From an uncultured Candidatus Saccharibacteria bacterium (GTDB lineage: Bacteria; Patescibacteriota; Saccharimonadia; Saccharimonadales; 2-12-FULL-41-12), in contig CAMTYB010000001.1 of assembly GCA_947085855.1 (NCBI GenBank), positions 85,788 through 149,787 on the forward strand: 64,000 nt of DNA, in the 5' to 3' direction. The position numbers and the translations under genes were made by a program. Positions 8,736 to 17,777 of the stretch are shown one piece after another. The notes beneath the pieces are model-generated. The model ran no database searches. It had not been told where the DNA came from and saw only the letters and a list, made by a program, of their open reading frames with translations. The number at the start of each line of letters is the position of its first letter. Position 1 is the stretch's first letter.

Positions 8736-9965
8736 ATGGAACGCGAACAAAGTCTTGAACAAATCGAACAACCCAAACAGCAACGATTCATGAGCCCACT
8801 GACTCCGGATCAAGAGACACTCTGGCAAAGCATCTGTCAGACTGGCAGAGAAACTGGCATGCAGATTGAAGATCAGATGATTAACATATGGACTGATGAC
8901 ACAATACCGACAGTTTTTAGAGATCGAGCACTTCTGAGCGTCATCGGCGAGCGACAAATTCAAAATCAGTTATGGGAAGGACCCCGAGCGATGAATTTGG
9001 GATTTGCCTTGAGCATTAAAGACATACAATCGCTTGAAAAGTCACGCCCACTGTTTGATGCCCAGCGCTTTGCAGACTGGCTGGATGATGCCCAACAGTA
9101 TGCACAAGACACAGGGGAGTCAGTATTAGTGCAAGCCCAAGTGTTCAATTGGTTAACCGAATTATTCGAGCGGGGTGTCATTAACGAAGATGCGTTTGAG
9201 TCACGAATCGAGCAGATTGATCCACAGCAAGCTCGGCCATGGGTATATGACCACACCGATGATGCCGGTTGGGGACCACCGTATTGCCTCGCTCGTGTCG
9301 AAACTCCGTTTCCGGTTATTGCACACCTACTAAACCCCGGGACACGATTGGCTGCGCAGTCCAAAACAAAACTATGGGGTTTGCGCAAATTAGATGACTG
9401 GATACAACACCAAACAGACCCAGGTGTCGAATTACCCAGCTGGCTGCAAACAGCTACTCGTGAACAAGGTTTTGAGCTCTTTCGCCAGCTTGCCATTCAT
9501 CGCACTCGCAAAGAAGCACCCTATATTGACTGGGACTTGTTGCGCAAAGGCATTGCTATGTTTGGCACCGAGATTCTCTACCACAATGAACGAGAAGCCT
9601 GGGATGTCGTGAATAAGTACGAAAATCACTCAGTCAGATCTCAGATAGTAACCGAAATTCTGGGCAAACGAGCAGTAGCGCGAGCTAACCTCGAGGAAGC
9701 AACTCAAGTTCGACCATTGACGCTTTTTCAACTCGTGGATGCCACCTTGTCTCTCAATAACAATGCGACCGAGATAGACACTTTAAAATTGCTCACCTAT
9801 GAACAAACTGTAGCCATGGATGACTATATAAACAGACAGGAGAAGCTACAGGAGAGACTCCAGGCACACAGAGAGCGCTTCGCAGCTGATCCCAAAATCG
9901 GCCAGCAACAGGCAGCCCGTGAACACTACGACACTATCTTAGATAGCGTTCGTGACCAACGTTAG
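8736..9965 (+). CDS. Hypothetical protein (acidic, soluble)
   Basis: 409 aa ORF with an SD-like AGGAG 6 nt upstream. No motif recognised. Confidence 0.6.
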   Translation: MEREQSLEQIEQPKQQRFMSPLTPDQETLWQSICQTGRETGMQIEDQMINIWTDDTIPTVFRDRALLSVIGERQIQNQLWEGPRAMNLGFALSIKDIQSLEKSRPLFDAQRFADWLDDAQQYAQDTGESVLVQAQVFNWLTELFERGVINEDAFESRIEQIDPQQARPWVYDHTDDAGWGPPYCLARVETPFPVIAHLLNPGTRLAAQSKTKLWGLRKLDDWIQHQTDPGVELPSWLQTATREQGFELFRQLAIHRTRKEAPYIDWDLLRKGIAMFGTEILYHNEREAWDVVNKYENHSVRSQIVTEILGKRAVARANLEEATQVRPLTLFQLVDATLSLNNNATEIDTLKLLTYEQTVAMDDYINRQEKLQERLQAHRERFAADPKIGQQQAAREHYDTILDSVRDQR

Positions 9966-9967
9966 CT

Positions 9968-11317
9968 CTACGCAACTTGTTTAGCGAGCGTTTTACGCTC
10001 AGCCTTAATGAGGCGCTGCAAGCGTTTGCGATCTCGCTTACCAATAATACTGTGGTCAACGGCGTAGTCTGCGTGTATTTCAGCGTTATCGAGGGCAACT
10101 TCTACAAATTCTGGGTTTTGTGCTACCAATGCTATTGACTCCTCACTTGGTGCAGCTACGGCATGGTTCAAGCGAGCAATATAGTCTCGAAATACGCGCC
10201 GAGCCATCTCTTGGCCGCCGGCACTCTGACGAAGCACGCGAGCTATGCTTTGCGTCACAAAAGGAGGTGTCGTTTCTTCTCGCATAGTCTCCACAATTCG
10301 CTGCTTTAGGGCCTCTCGCGGTGCTGGATCACCTAGGTTGCTGGCCTCTAGCACTTTGTCTACAAGTAGCTGATATTCACCATAGTTCCTTAACGGACCA
10401 TGAATGTCGGTAGCCTTTCTGATAGCCCGATCAGCAATTGGCCCCAGGTTACTGTAAAAATCTTCTTTAGTCGTGCGCTTAAGAGTCAGGTACTGATCTG
10501 GAGTTAACTGTATTGCGTTATCCCGAAACAGAGAGAGTCCGAGTTCGGGCGTGTGGGCAAACTCAGCTGCTCGAACAAGATGTAGAGCTACATCCTGGGG
10601 TGTTACTAAAAGCTTGGTACCAAGTGTGCCTGGGGATGTGCAGTTTTGCGCAAACGGCTCAAATATATCCCCTGGATACTGCGACAAAGTTACGCCATCT
10701 TCACGTACGCTCGGAGAGGCAGTTTGCCACTTGTGTTTGCCAGACCTTCGCTTGATGTATGCGATGTGTTCATCACCGGCCACACCAATAGTATCTCGGT
10801 TTATGTCCATCAGCTCGGCCGTCAAAGCAATGTGCCCTAATGACACACCGGTTACTATCATCGAAGTATCTTCTTCACCACTCAGCAAAATTGTGCTGCC
10901 TGATTCGCCACCGCCTAATGCGTTTATGGCGCCCTCCGCATTTTCGGCGGCATTTTCGGGCTCAACATTATGTAACACCTGGTTTACCACAATCCAGGCA
11001 AAGGCATGTTCACCAGTGAGTGCAACATCGACGTCATCTTCGGGCGAATACTGCCGTGAATATTCTGAACTAAGACCAGCCATTGCCTCCTTACGTGCAC
11101 GCCTTGTGCGCTCGAGTATGTCTTGCTGGAGCGCTTGCGCTTCATCGGCTTCATCGGTCATTGTTCTAAGATGATGTTGAGCCGGGTCCACCGATTCTGA
11201 CATCAACTCCTCTAATTGACCGCGCTTTTCAGTCAAACCATGAGGCTTATCCCGACGATTAACTAACATGTCAAAATCCACACCCAGATTTTCAAATCGC
11301 GCAACTGCATCGCTCAT
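9968..11317 (-). CDS. Hypothetical protein
   Basis: 449 aa ORF, last gene of a co-directional three-gene orphan set. No NTPase, nuclease or TM motif seen. Confidence 0.6.
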   Translation of the reverse strand: MSDAVARFENLGVDFDMLVNRRDKPHGLTEKRGQLEELMSESVDPAQHHLRTMTDEADEAQALQQDILERTRRARKEAMAGLSSEYSRQYSPEDDVDVALTGEHAFAWIVVNQVLHNVEPENAAENAEGAINALGGGESGSTILLSGEEDTSMIVTGVSLGHIALTAELMDINRDTIGVAGDEHIAYIKRRSGKHKWQTASPSVREDGVTLSQYPGDIFEPFAQNCTSPGTLGTKLLVTPQDVALHLVRAAEFAHTPELGLSLFRDNAIQLTPDQYLTLKRTTKEDFYSNLGPIADRAIRKATDIHGPLRNYGEYQLLVDKVLEASNLGDPAPREALKQRIVETMREETTPPFVTQSIARVLRQSAGGQEMARRVFRDYIARLNHAVAAPSEESIALVAQNPEFVEVALDNAEIHADYAVDHSIIGKRDRKRLQRLIKAERKTLAKQVA

Positions 11318-11399
11318 GATCTGTACAACTCCTTATTGGACCGATCATACCATGACCACCAACTTTTCATAAATCCTAGCTACAATATCGTTACAAAGG

Positions 11400-12569
11400 T
11401 TATCTTGCGACAGCAATATCAACAAACCGACCAAGACTCTTCATGTGGTACCGGTGCAGCATTGGGATAGGCGCGACAAGTAAAGCTAGCTCGCCAGTTT
11501 CTGCATTATAAGTTGCTGTCGGCTCATCACCTTCTGTGAGTAATCGTATTTGTTCGTCTGTGTAGTCCTCGGGGTGCAGTTGCGTAACCTTTACATTGGC
11601 TGGGCAGCCATCACTTGGAGCTATTATGTCCGCCATCGTATTCGATTCTTCATACTCATTACTGAGCGTTAGGGCAGAGCGCAAAGACTTTACGAAGAAG
11701 GGGTCTAGCCGTACCGTACCGGTCTCGCGTTTAGCGAATATAGTATACAGCGAAAAATTAGTAAGTACGCCCCTCAATCGTTCAGGCGCTTCCTTTGCTA
11801 CGATGCGTCTCAACGTGTCCTCGATGGCATGTATGGCAGGAAAGTCAGGGCTATACATATCCTCTTCGAGGGTGAGCTCCTCATCGACTCTTGCGGACAG
11901 GGGCCGAGTAAAGTCAAGATTGGGGTCACTATAGAGCGTCGTAATGACTGGATTGTTAGAATAGGTGCCATTTGGGGCAAACGACATGCTAATAATGTCC
12001 TTCAAAAATTCTGGCTGGCGCATAATATCGTAGACTTCTGGCAGCGGTATAGTATTCAACCTCTTGAGTAGTTCCGTTTCATCCTCAATCTCATCGCGAG
12101 CAATGAGGTGGGCGGGTAGAGCCATGGTGGCTGAAATACCTTCCTGGGCTCGTAGCGTTGGCCAGACAATCCCCGACAGATCGTAGTTAGCACCGATTTC
12201 GAAAGTTAACCACTTAAGTAATGTTTCTTGCTCTGATGTTAGGCCAAGGGCAATGGCTGGCTCAGGAGCATCTTCTGGCGGCATTGAATGTCCGAGCATA
12301 CGGGCTAATCCAAAGACAGCTTCGGTATTGGTCTGGAATGATCGCTCATCATCAAGCCACGGATTGACGACCTGCCCAAACATTGCGTCACCCTCAATTC
12401 CTTCCGATAGCACCCGCTGCAATTCAGCAGGATCAGGTTCTGCTGTATCTCTCAATATGTGGTGCGTGTAAGCGGTGGTCATTGGACCTATCAGCCGCTT
12501 AGCAACGTCCCGACGATCGGTAAGTTCACCTAGGGGCGTCAGAGTCTCTGGATTAGGCAGTGAGTTCAC
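11400..12569 (-). CDS. Hypothetical protein
   Basis: 389 aa acidic ORF with no motif recognised. Confidence 0.6.
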   Translation of the reverse strand: MNSLPNPETLTPLGELTDRRDVAKRLIGPMTTAYTHHILRDTAEPDPAELQRVLSEGIEGDAMFGQVVNPWLDDERSFQTNTEAVFGLARMLGHSMPPEDAPEPAIALGLTSEQETLLKWLTFEIGANYDLSGIVWPTLRAQEGISATMALPAHLIARDEIEDETELLKRLNTIPLPEVYDIMRQPEFLKDIISMSFAPNGTYSNNPVITTLYSDPNLDFTRPLSARVDEELTLEEDMYSPDFPAIHAIEDTLRRIVAKEAPERLRGVLTNFSLYTIFAKRETGTVRLDPFFVKSLRSALTLSNEYEESNTMADIIAPSDGCPANVKVTQLHPEDYTDEQIRLLTEGDEPTATYNAETGELALLVAPIPMLHRYHMKSLGRFVDIAVAR

Positions 12570-12584
12570 GATAACGTAGGTGGC

Positions 12585-12974
12585 TTAGGCTTGATAAATA
12601 TTATTTAGAAGTTCGTAGGCTTGCTGTTCAGTGTTACAAGCTGGTTCGTGCTGTGATCTGGTAAAGCACTCCACATCACCTTGGGCTTGGCTGCTAGCTA
12701 TAACCCACATATTCGGGCTGTCTGCATCAACAGTCTCTGGAGACCAGAGCAAATCAATATGTTCTGTCACCGTTCCATCGGCCTGGGCAGTATGTCTTTG
12801 CTGCACGGCTAGCGTGCCAGCCGCATGGGTAGCACGTCGTATTCGAGTAGTGTACTCGGTGCCATCATACTCCGAAACAGATCGAGTTGGCTCAATGTCG
12901 GCTACAAGTTCGCGGCCAAATTCTACAAATTGATTACCCGGCTCCGGAAAGCCAAACGTCGTGACTGCATTCAT
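12585..12974 (-). CDS. Hypothetical protein
   Basis: 129 aa ORF lying 15 nt upstream of the next gene in the same orientation. Confidence 0.5.
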   Translation of the reverse strand: MNAVTTFGFPEPGNQFVEFGRELVADIEPTRSVSEYDGTEYTTRIRRATHAAGTLAVQQRHTAQADGTVTEHIDLLWSPETVDADSPNMWVIASSQAQGDVECFTRSQHEPACNTEQQAYELLNNIYQA

Positions 12975-13058
12975 TTTTTTATAATAACATATTTATACAA
13001 TTAAAGCAAAGATAGTTGTCGGGGTTAGCTTGTAATTTTCCGGGGCTCAACCATAATC

Positions 13059-13067
13059 TGCTACAAT
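13059..13067 (+). promoter_or_regulatory. Extended -10 element TGCTACAAT, 8 nt upstream of ATG 13076
   Basis: Same motif as at 4540. No SD before the ATG. Confidence 0.45.
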
Positions 13068-13075
13068 CAAACACT

Positions 13076-13462
13076 ATGAAGATGAAAAGTGTTGCCGGTA
13101 TCATTTGCCTCGTAAAAGACTTGGGTGAGGTAACTGAGTTTTATGAAAAGCTGGGCTTTACATTCAAGAAGGAAGTTCCTGGTGTAGCTGTAACAGCATA
13201 TTTGAATTGGTTTTGGATTGAATTCCTACTTGAGACTAGAGTCGTAACTGAAGCATTTAAGCCCGACGTCGGCGTGGAGCCGCGTGGAACCGGACAGTCA
13301 GTGCATATCAGTGTTGACGATGTCGATGCGTACTATGAAGATCTGGTCGCCAAGGGTTTGAGGCCCTTTTCTGAACCTGCAGATTTCTCGTGGGGCAATC
13401 GGGAATTTGTGCTGGTTGATCCGAATGGCTACAAGCTCGTTTTCTTCACCAAAATTAAGTAA
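13076..13462 (+). CDS. VOC (glyoxalase/bleomycin-resistance) family protein
   Basis: MKMKSVAGIICLVKDLGEVTEFYEKLGFTF...HISVDDVDAYYEDLVAKGL...WGNREFVLVDPNGYKLVFF is the typical VOC fold pattern. The start was moved to the ATG downstream of the promoter. Confidence 0.75.
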   Translation: MKMKSVAGIICLVKDLGEVTEFYEKLGFTFKKEVPGVAVTAYLNWFWIEFLLETRVVTEAFKPDVGVEPRGTGQSVHISVDDVDAYYEDLVAKGLRPFSEPADFSWGNREFVLVDPNGYKLVFFTKIK

Positions 13463-13468
13463 CCGAGC

Positions 13469-14560
13469 TTACTCTTCAGCGATTGATAAGAGGAAATGTT
13501 TCATAATGGCTCTGTAAGCGTCCAACGAAGGTATATCAACATATTCATGACGTGTGTGGAGGCCTTCGCCGATTGGCCCAAAATCTACGGCGTCAATGCC
13601 GCGCCGCGTCCACTGAACAATATCACTACTATGCGGCAAAGCGACGAGTGAGCCGGGGCTACCAGTGACAACGTCGGTAACCTGCAAAAGCCGCTGTACG
13701 TCTCTGTGGTCTGGACTGGTGTAGTGGGCAGGCATGCCCGACGAAATTTGAATAACCGATACTTTCGAGTTGATGTCGTTAATGAATTGCTTGATAACCT
13801 CCGGGTCGTCTTGAGGAATGTAGCGCACAGATAACCGGCCAATAGCTTGGGCTGGAACCACATTACCTGCGTAACCAGGAACTTCAGCAAATGTTGGCGC
13901 ACAACTAGTTTCCCATTGCTTACTCGGGCTTGGGTATGTTTCAAGGACTTTCATTTGGGTGCGCATAACTTGTAGCAAGGCGTTGTTTTCTTCACCATCG
14001 TACGCAGTGTGACCGCCTTTGGTCTCGGCTCCTAATTCTACGGTCAATAGCCCTTTGTGCTGGTTGCCGACTGCTAAATTGGTTGGTTCAGCCGATATGA
14101 CAAATGACGGTTCGGGGCCATTTGCAGCTTGCGTGATAGCACCCATGCCAGCTGTTTCTTCGTCTGTAGTTAGAGAGAGTCCAATAGAATACGGCAATTC
14201 ATTTGCAAGTTCGCGGAACAGACTAATGACAGCGGCTGCACCGGCCTTCATGTCACAGCTGCCGCGACCGATCAGTTTAGAACCCTCGATTCTGGGAGTA
14301 AACTGCGAGCGATCTTGGGCTGGTACAACATCGAGATGACCATGCAACAAAACTCTAAAGCCCTCAGCTCCTTGATGACTACTGAAGATACTACTCGGTG
14401 TCGACACGGCATCACTGCCAGTGCCAGCGTAGTCTTGGCGCGGAAAGTCGCTCAATTCTTGGCGAGCTAATTCCATAACTTCATAAAGCGCATCCGGATT
14501 GCGGCGAGTGCTCTCTATGAGCATCATACGTTGAGTGAGATCGAGAACTTCTTTGCTCAC
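13469..14560 (-). CDS. M20-family metallopeptidase/deacylase (ArgE/DapE-like)
   Basis: LHGHLDVVPA and GRGSCDMKAGAAAVI motifs. It overlaps the stop of the upstream gene by 4 nt and sits in one operon with argG. Confidence 0.8.
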   Translation of the reverse strand: MSKEVLDLTQRMMLIESTRRNPDALYEVMELARQELSDFPRQDYAGTGSDAVSTPSSIFSSHQGAEGFRVLLHGHLDVVPAQDRSQFTPRIEGSKLIGRGSCDMKAGAAAVISLFRELANELPYSIGLSLTTDEETAGMGAITQAANGPEPSFVISAEPTNLAVGNQHKGLLTVELGAETKGGHTAYDGEENNALLQVMRTQMKVLETYPSPSKQWETSCAPTFAEVPGYAGNVVPAQAIGRLSVRYIPQDDPEVIKQFINDINSKVSVIQISSGMPAHYTSPDHRDVQRLLQVTDVVTGSPGSLVALPHSSDIVQWTRRGIDAVDFGPIGEGLHTRHEYVDIPSLDAYRAIMKHFLLSIAEE

Positions 14561-15096
14561 CGCGTAATACCTGCTAGGTCAAACGCACGTACCGAGGCAG
14601 GGTCTTCGCCAGCTTTTAGTTCGATTTTTATAGCAGCCGGTCGTTCAACGTGCTCGCCGCCTTGCCGCACAATTGATTGCTGGGCAATTAGGTTACTCGA
14701 CTCAACAATGGCATAGATGGGCACATCCGGAAACCTAAGCCCACTCAAAGCAACGCCCTCTCTAAGAGCTACGCTGCCGAGACCTTTCTGTGGCGCCAGC
14801 CAGCTTCTAAATTCGATGGCACCGATTGTCTGCTCATCATCGTTGATAAGCCAGGGTGACAACTGCGCGAAACTATAGAGTTCGCTGCCAGTAGGATCAA
14901 CTACCAGTACAGCTCGGCGATCATCGATAATGTCGGAAATTTCTTCAGCCGTGTATGGCAGCATGGTGTCACTGTGCTCACCCAGAGCTGTACTGACAAT
15001 TTGGCCAAGCTCGAGCTTCTGATCTCTTGGCAACTCGGCCGCCTCATCCCACATCAAGACGCGATAATCGGCTGGTCGTTCGTACTCTACACTCAT
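14557..15096 (-). CDS. Hypothetical protein, possibly an acetyltransferase-like fold
   Basis: I set the start at MSVEYE (15096), 13 nt after the argG stop. The IEFRSWLAPQKGLGSVAL stretch loosely resembles the GNAT CoA-binding loop but does not fit the consensus exactly. Confidence 0.5.
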   Translation of the reverse strand: MSVEYERPADYRVLMWDEAAELPRDQKLELGQIVSTALGEHSDTMLPYTAEEISDIIDDRRAVLVVDPTGSELYSFAQLSPWLINDDEQTIGAIEFRSWLAPQKGLGSVALREGVALSGLRFPDVPIYAIVESSNLIAQQSIVRQGGEHVERPAAIKIELKAGEDPASVRAFDLAGITR

Positions 15097-15109
15097 GATT
15101 CTAACCTGT

Positions 15110-16312
15110 TTACCGCTGTTCGCGGAGCGCAGCAATAGCCTGTTGTTTGCCGTATAGCTCAATGAAACCTTTTGCATCTTGAGAGCTCCAGGTTGAATGC
15201 TGAGCATAGGTAGCTACATCGGGATTAATTAACGAATCATCACTGTCAATGGCAACAGCCATGGCCCGGTTAGGAGCGAGGCGAAGTGTGACAGTGCCAT
15301 TAACACGTGACTGCTGGGAATCAAGGTAGGCCTTCAAATCATCAACGGCTGGATCATAATATTTACCAGAGAAGAGGAGGTCAGAGAATTGATTACAGAC
15401 AAGTTTTCCAATGTCATGTTGGGACTTGGTATGTACGACTTGCTCCAACGCTTTGTGGGCTTCGATAATAGACAAGATACCTGGTGCTTCAAAGGCGATA
15501 CGGCCTTTAATACCGATGACGCAGTCGCCTGTGTAGTAACCTCGACCAAAGCCAAAGGCACCAGCTCGCTGATTGAGTTCGGCTATGATTTCCTCACCAT
15601 ATAACGGGCTATCATCGAGGGCAACGGGCAGTCCGTCTCTGAATTTCACAGTAACGAGTTCACTATCGCTACGCGTTGGTTGCGTCCATTCAAACATTGA
15701 TTGGTCGGCTTCTTGGAGTGTGTCAATCATATCGCCAGAATAAGTAAGTCCAAGAATATTTTGATTTACTGAATAATCACGACTCCGGGCCGGGGTTTCT
15801 ATGCCGCGGTCCGCCAGAAACTTTTGCTGAAATTCACGATTACCGCCGGTATCTCGAGTTGGTGTAATGATTTTAAGATCTGGTACGAGGCTTTTCAACG
15901 CCATATCAAAGCGTACTTGGTCATTTCCCATGGCACTTGAGCCATGAACCACCGCTCCAGCTTCTTCATCTAGGGCGACTTTGGCAACTTCCTCAGCGAT
16001 TGTGTAACGGTCAGAACACATGTTTGGGTAGGCGCCTTCATAAAGAGCATTGGCTTTAATGATGTAGGCTGCGACGTTATCGTACATACTGGCTTTGCCA
16101 TCAACTTCAACATGCTTGCTGGCACCAAGCTGCTCTGATCGCTCTGCAATTTCACCTAATTCTTGTTCGGAAAAGCCACCAGTATTTACAGTTGCAGTAA
16201 TAATTTCATAACTTCCTTGTTCTCGTACTCCCCGTTCCATCAAGTAGGGTACGGCAAACGACGTATCAAGTCCGCCAGAAAAGGCTAGGACTGCTTTATT
16301 TGGGTTAGACAT
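15110..16312 (-). CDS. argG: Argininosuccinate synthase
   Basis: MSNPNKAVLAFSGGLDTSFAVPYL (N-type ATP pyrophosphatase SGGLDTS motif). Full-length 400 aa. SD GGAGG 7 nt upstream. Confidence 0.95.
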   Translation of the reverse strand: MSNPNKAVLAFSGGLDTSFAVPYLMERGVREQGSYEIITATVNTGGFSEQELGEIAERSEQLGASKHVEVDGKASMYDNVAAYIIKANALYEGAYPNMCSDRYTIAEEVAKVALDEEAGAVVHGSSAMGNDQVRFDMALKSLVPDLKIITPTRDTGGNREFQQKFLADRGIETPARSRDYSVNQNILGLTYSGDMIDTLQEADQSMFEWTQPTRSDSELVTVKFRDGLPVALDDSPLYGEEIIAELNQRAGAFGFGRGYYTGDCVIGIKGRIAFEAPGILSIIEAHKALEQVVHTKSQHDIGKLVCNQFSDLLFSGKYYDPAVDDLKAYLDSQQSRVNGTVTLRLAPNRAMAVAIDSDDSLINPDVATYAQHSTWSSQDAKGFIELYGKQQAIAALREQR

Positions 16313-16533
16313 TCATTACCTCCATATATTAATCCTGAGTGGTTATGATTTTGACAGTTTGACTAAAAAGTGCACAAAAATCCCACTACTGCTTGAATAG
16401 TAGGTGATTACAGCAGTTATTTCAACATTAATTTGTCAATTTTCATATTATGGATCGCGACAATGGATTCTCATTAACCATTGCAGTTTTAGCGGTATTG
16501 CTTGGGAGAGTGACCGAGGTTAGAGCCTTTATT

Positions 16534-17457
16534 TTAGCTGGATGATAAGGTTTCGAGTAATGCGGTGTGAGCTGTAGTGATGGCATCAATTCCAAGAGGT
16601 TTAATCGCGCTATATATTTTATTCAGCGGTACTTTGGAGGGGATTTTACCAGCCTTAAACGCCGGGCTAGCCTGGTACTCAAAGGTCATGAGTCGCTCTA
16701 ATGCGAACTGGGCCGCATCAACTTCGCTTATCTGCTCTCCGCTTAAGAACTTTGAATAGACGTCCAGTTCAATAGTTGATGCAGCAAATCGGTCATCTTT
16801 AGTAATGACGCTACCATTACCTTCTAATTGTGCTTTATGGGCCAGAGCGTCATAAAGTGGTGCATGCTGGCCTCCATAAAACATGGCAATACGTGTCGGC
16901 GTGGTGGTGTCGGCTATTTTCAGAGGCAGTCTTAGACCGATCTGTTCGAGAATTTTTTGCTCTCTCTGCTGCTGAATGTCAAATCGTAATGGTAGCGCTT
17001 GTTGCGTGACCATTACAACACGGTCATGGTCACGCTGTAGTGCGGCGTCGATCACATAGTGTGCCAAAGCGTTAGATTTACTCAAGAGTGGGTCAGTGTG
17101 TTCAATGTCAACAACCGCTACTTTGCTATTTGAACCTCTGAGTGCGTGATAAAATTCACGTTTCCATAGGGGGTTTTGGGATTGGGTTGCTACTCTACCA
17201 ATGAGATGAACTACGGTTGAATCATTTTCAACCAATTGCTCAAGCATCTGCTCTTCCGTTTCCCTGATGCTTCCGAGTGCTTCAGGTATAACAACGTCGG
17301 CCTTCTTGAGGATGCGCCCCAAACCAGGAGGCAGATCGGCTGCAAATTGATGTGGGCCGAGGTAGATTGTTAGATCTATGTTCTCGGGGAGTGAGAAAGC
17401 ATCGTAATTATAAGGTGCAATATTTTCTAAATTATTACTATGGTTGACTGCAGACAT
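16534..17457 (-). CDS. Hypothetical protein
   Basis: 307 aa ORF with no motif recognised. A TTGACA/TATATT-type promoter is plausible immediately upstream. Confidence 0.6.
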   Translation of the reverse strand: MSAVNHSNNLENIAPYNYDAFSLPENIDLTIYLGPHQFAADLPPGLGRILKKADVVIPEALGSIRETEEQMLEQLVENDSTVVHLIGRVATQSQNPLWKREFYHALRGSNSKVAVVDIEHTDPLLSKSNALAHYVIDAALQRDHDRVVMVTQQALPLRFDIQQQREQKILEQIGLRLPLKIADTTTPTRIAMFYGGQHAPLYDALAHKAQLEGNGSVITKDDRFAASTIELDVYSKFLSGEQISEVDAAQFALERLMTFEYQASPAFKAGKIPSKVPLNKIYSAIKPLGIDAITTAHTALLETLSSS

Positions 17458-17495
17458 TATTCATAAATATAACATAGTATATATAATGTCAAAAT

Positions 17496-17590
17496 TTGGG
17501 TGGGGCGGAGGGATAGCGCTTCCCTCGGCTAACGCCTCGTCGCTTCTCCGCGCCAGCAAAGCTGTCGCTCCGCCGAACCTGTTCTAAAAT
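17496..17590 (-). repeat. Island-boundary repeat, copy A; its end duplicates the 3' end of tRNA-Gln
   Basis: 17496-17514 (ttgggtggggcggagggat) matches 19967-19985 at 18 of 19 nt. ctcgtcgcttctccgc (17536-17551) and cgccgaacct (17571-17580) are identical to copy B. Read on the - strand, it ends ...GAGGGAAGCGCTATCCCTC-CGCCCCA-C-CCA. Confidence 0.8.
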
Positions 17591-17602
17591 TCACTGCTCC
17601 GT

Positions 17603-17645
17603 CATTTAAAAAAACACCAACACATGTCCATGTTTTTTTTAAATG
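17603..17645. other. 12-bp AT-rich perfect inverted repeat (CATTTAAAAAAA / TTTTTTTAAATG) with a 19-nt loop
   Basis: Read directly from the sequence. The right arm lies in a T8 run, so it looks like a terminator on the + strand, but no + strand gene lies upstream. Confidence 0.5.
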
Positions 17646-17777
17646 GCTGGGGATAAGGGACGATCATCGAACTTTGTTCGATTTAACAGAGGTGGAAAAT
17701 GAGGAGCTCACCTACAATAACGCTAGGGTTTCTCAACATAAAGTGCTACAATGGTAAGCAGTTAAGGGTAAATAAAG

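Noticed and set aside
10551-11174. 207 aa and other + strand ORFs inside 9968-11317. The same applies to 8966..9496, 11596..11934, 14019..14339, 38436..38807, 39608..40138, 40844..41339, 43173..43490 and 4001..4333.
   Set aside because: All are nested antisense to longer ORFs that have recognisable motifs or better coding character, and all show typical shadow-ORF composition.
16382-16406. A hairpin downstream of the 307 aa gene, considered as a terminator on the - strand
   Set aside because: The stem is only about 5 bp (CTACT/AGTAG) and it is separated from the T-run, so it is too weak to annotate.
17496-17590. The possibility that repeat copies A, B and C are genuine tRNA genes, intron-containing tRNAs or tmRNA pieces
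   Set aside because: No complementary 5' acceptor strand, D arm or anticodon arm can be found upstream of any copy. The T-loop-like hairpins lack the TTCGAAT/TTCAAAT consensus. No tag-reading frame or tmRNA-like 5' end lies nearby.
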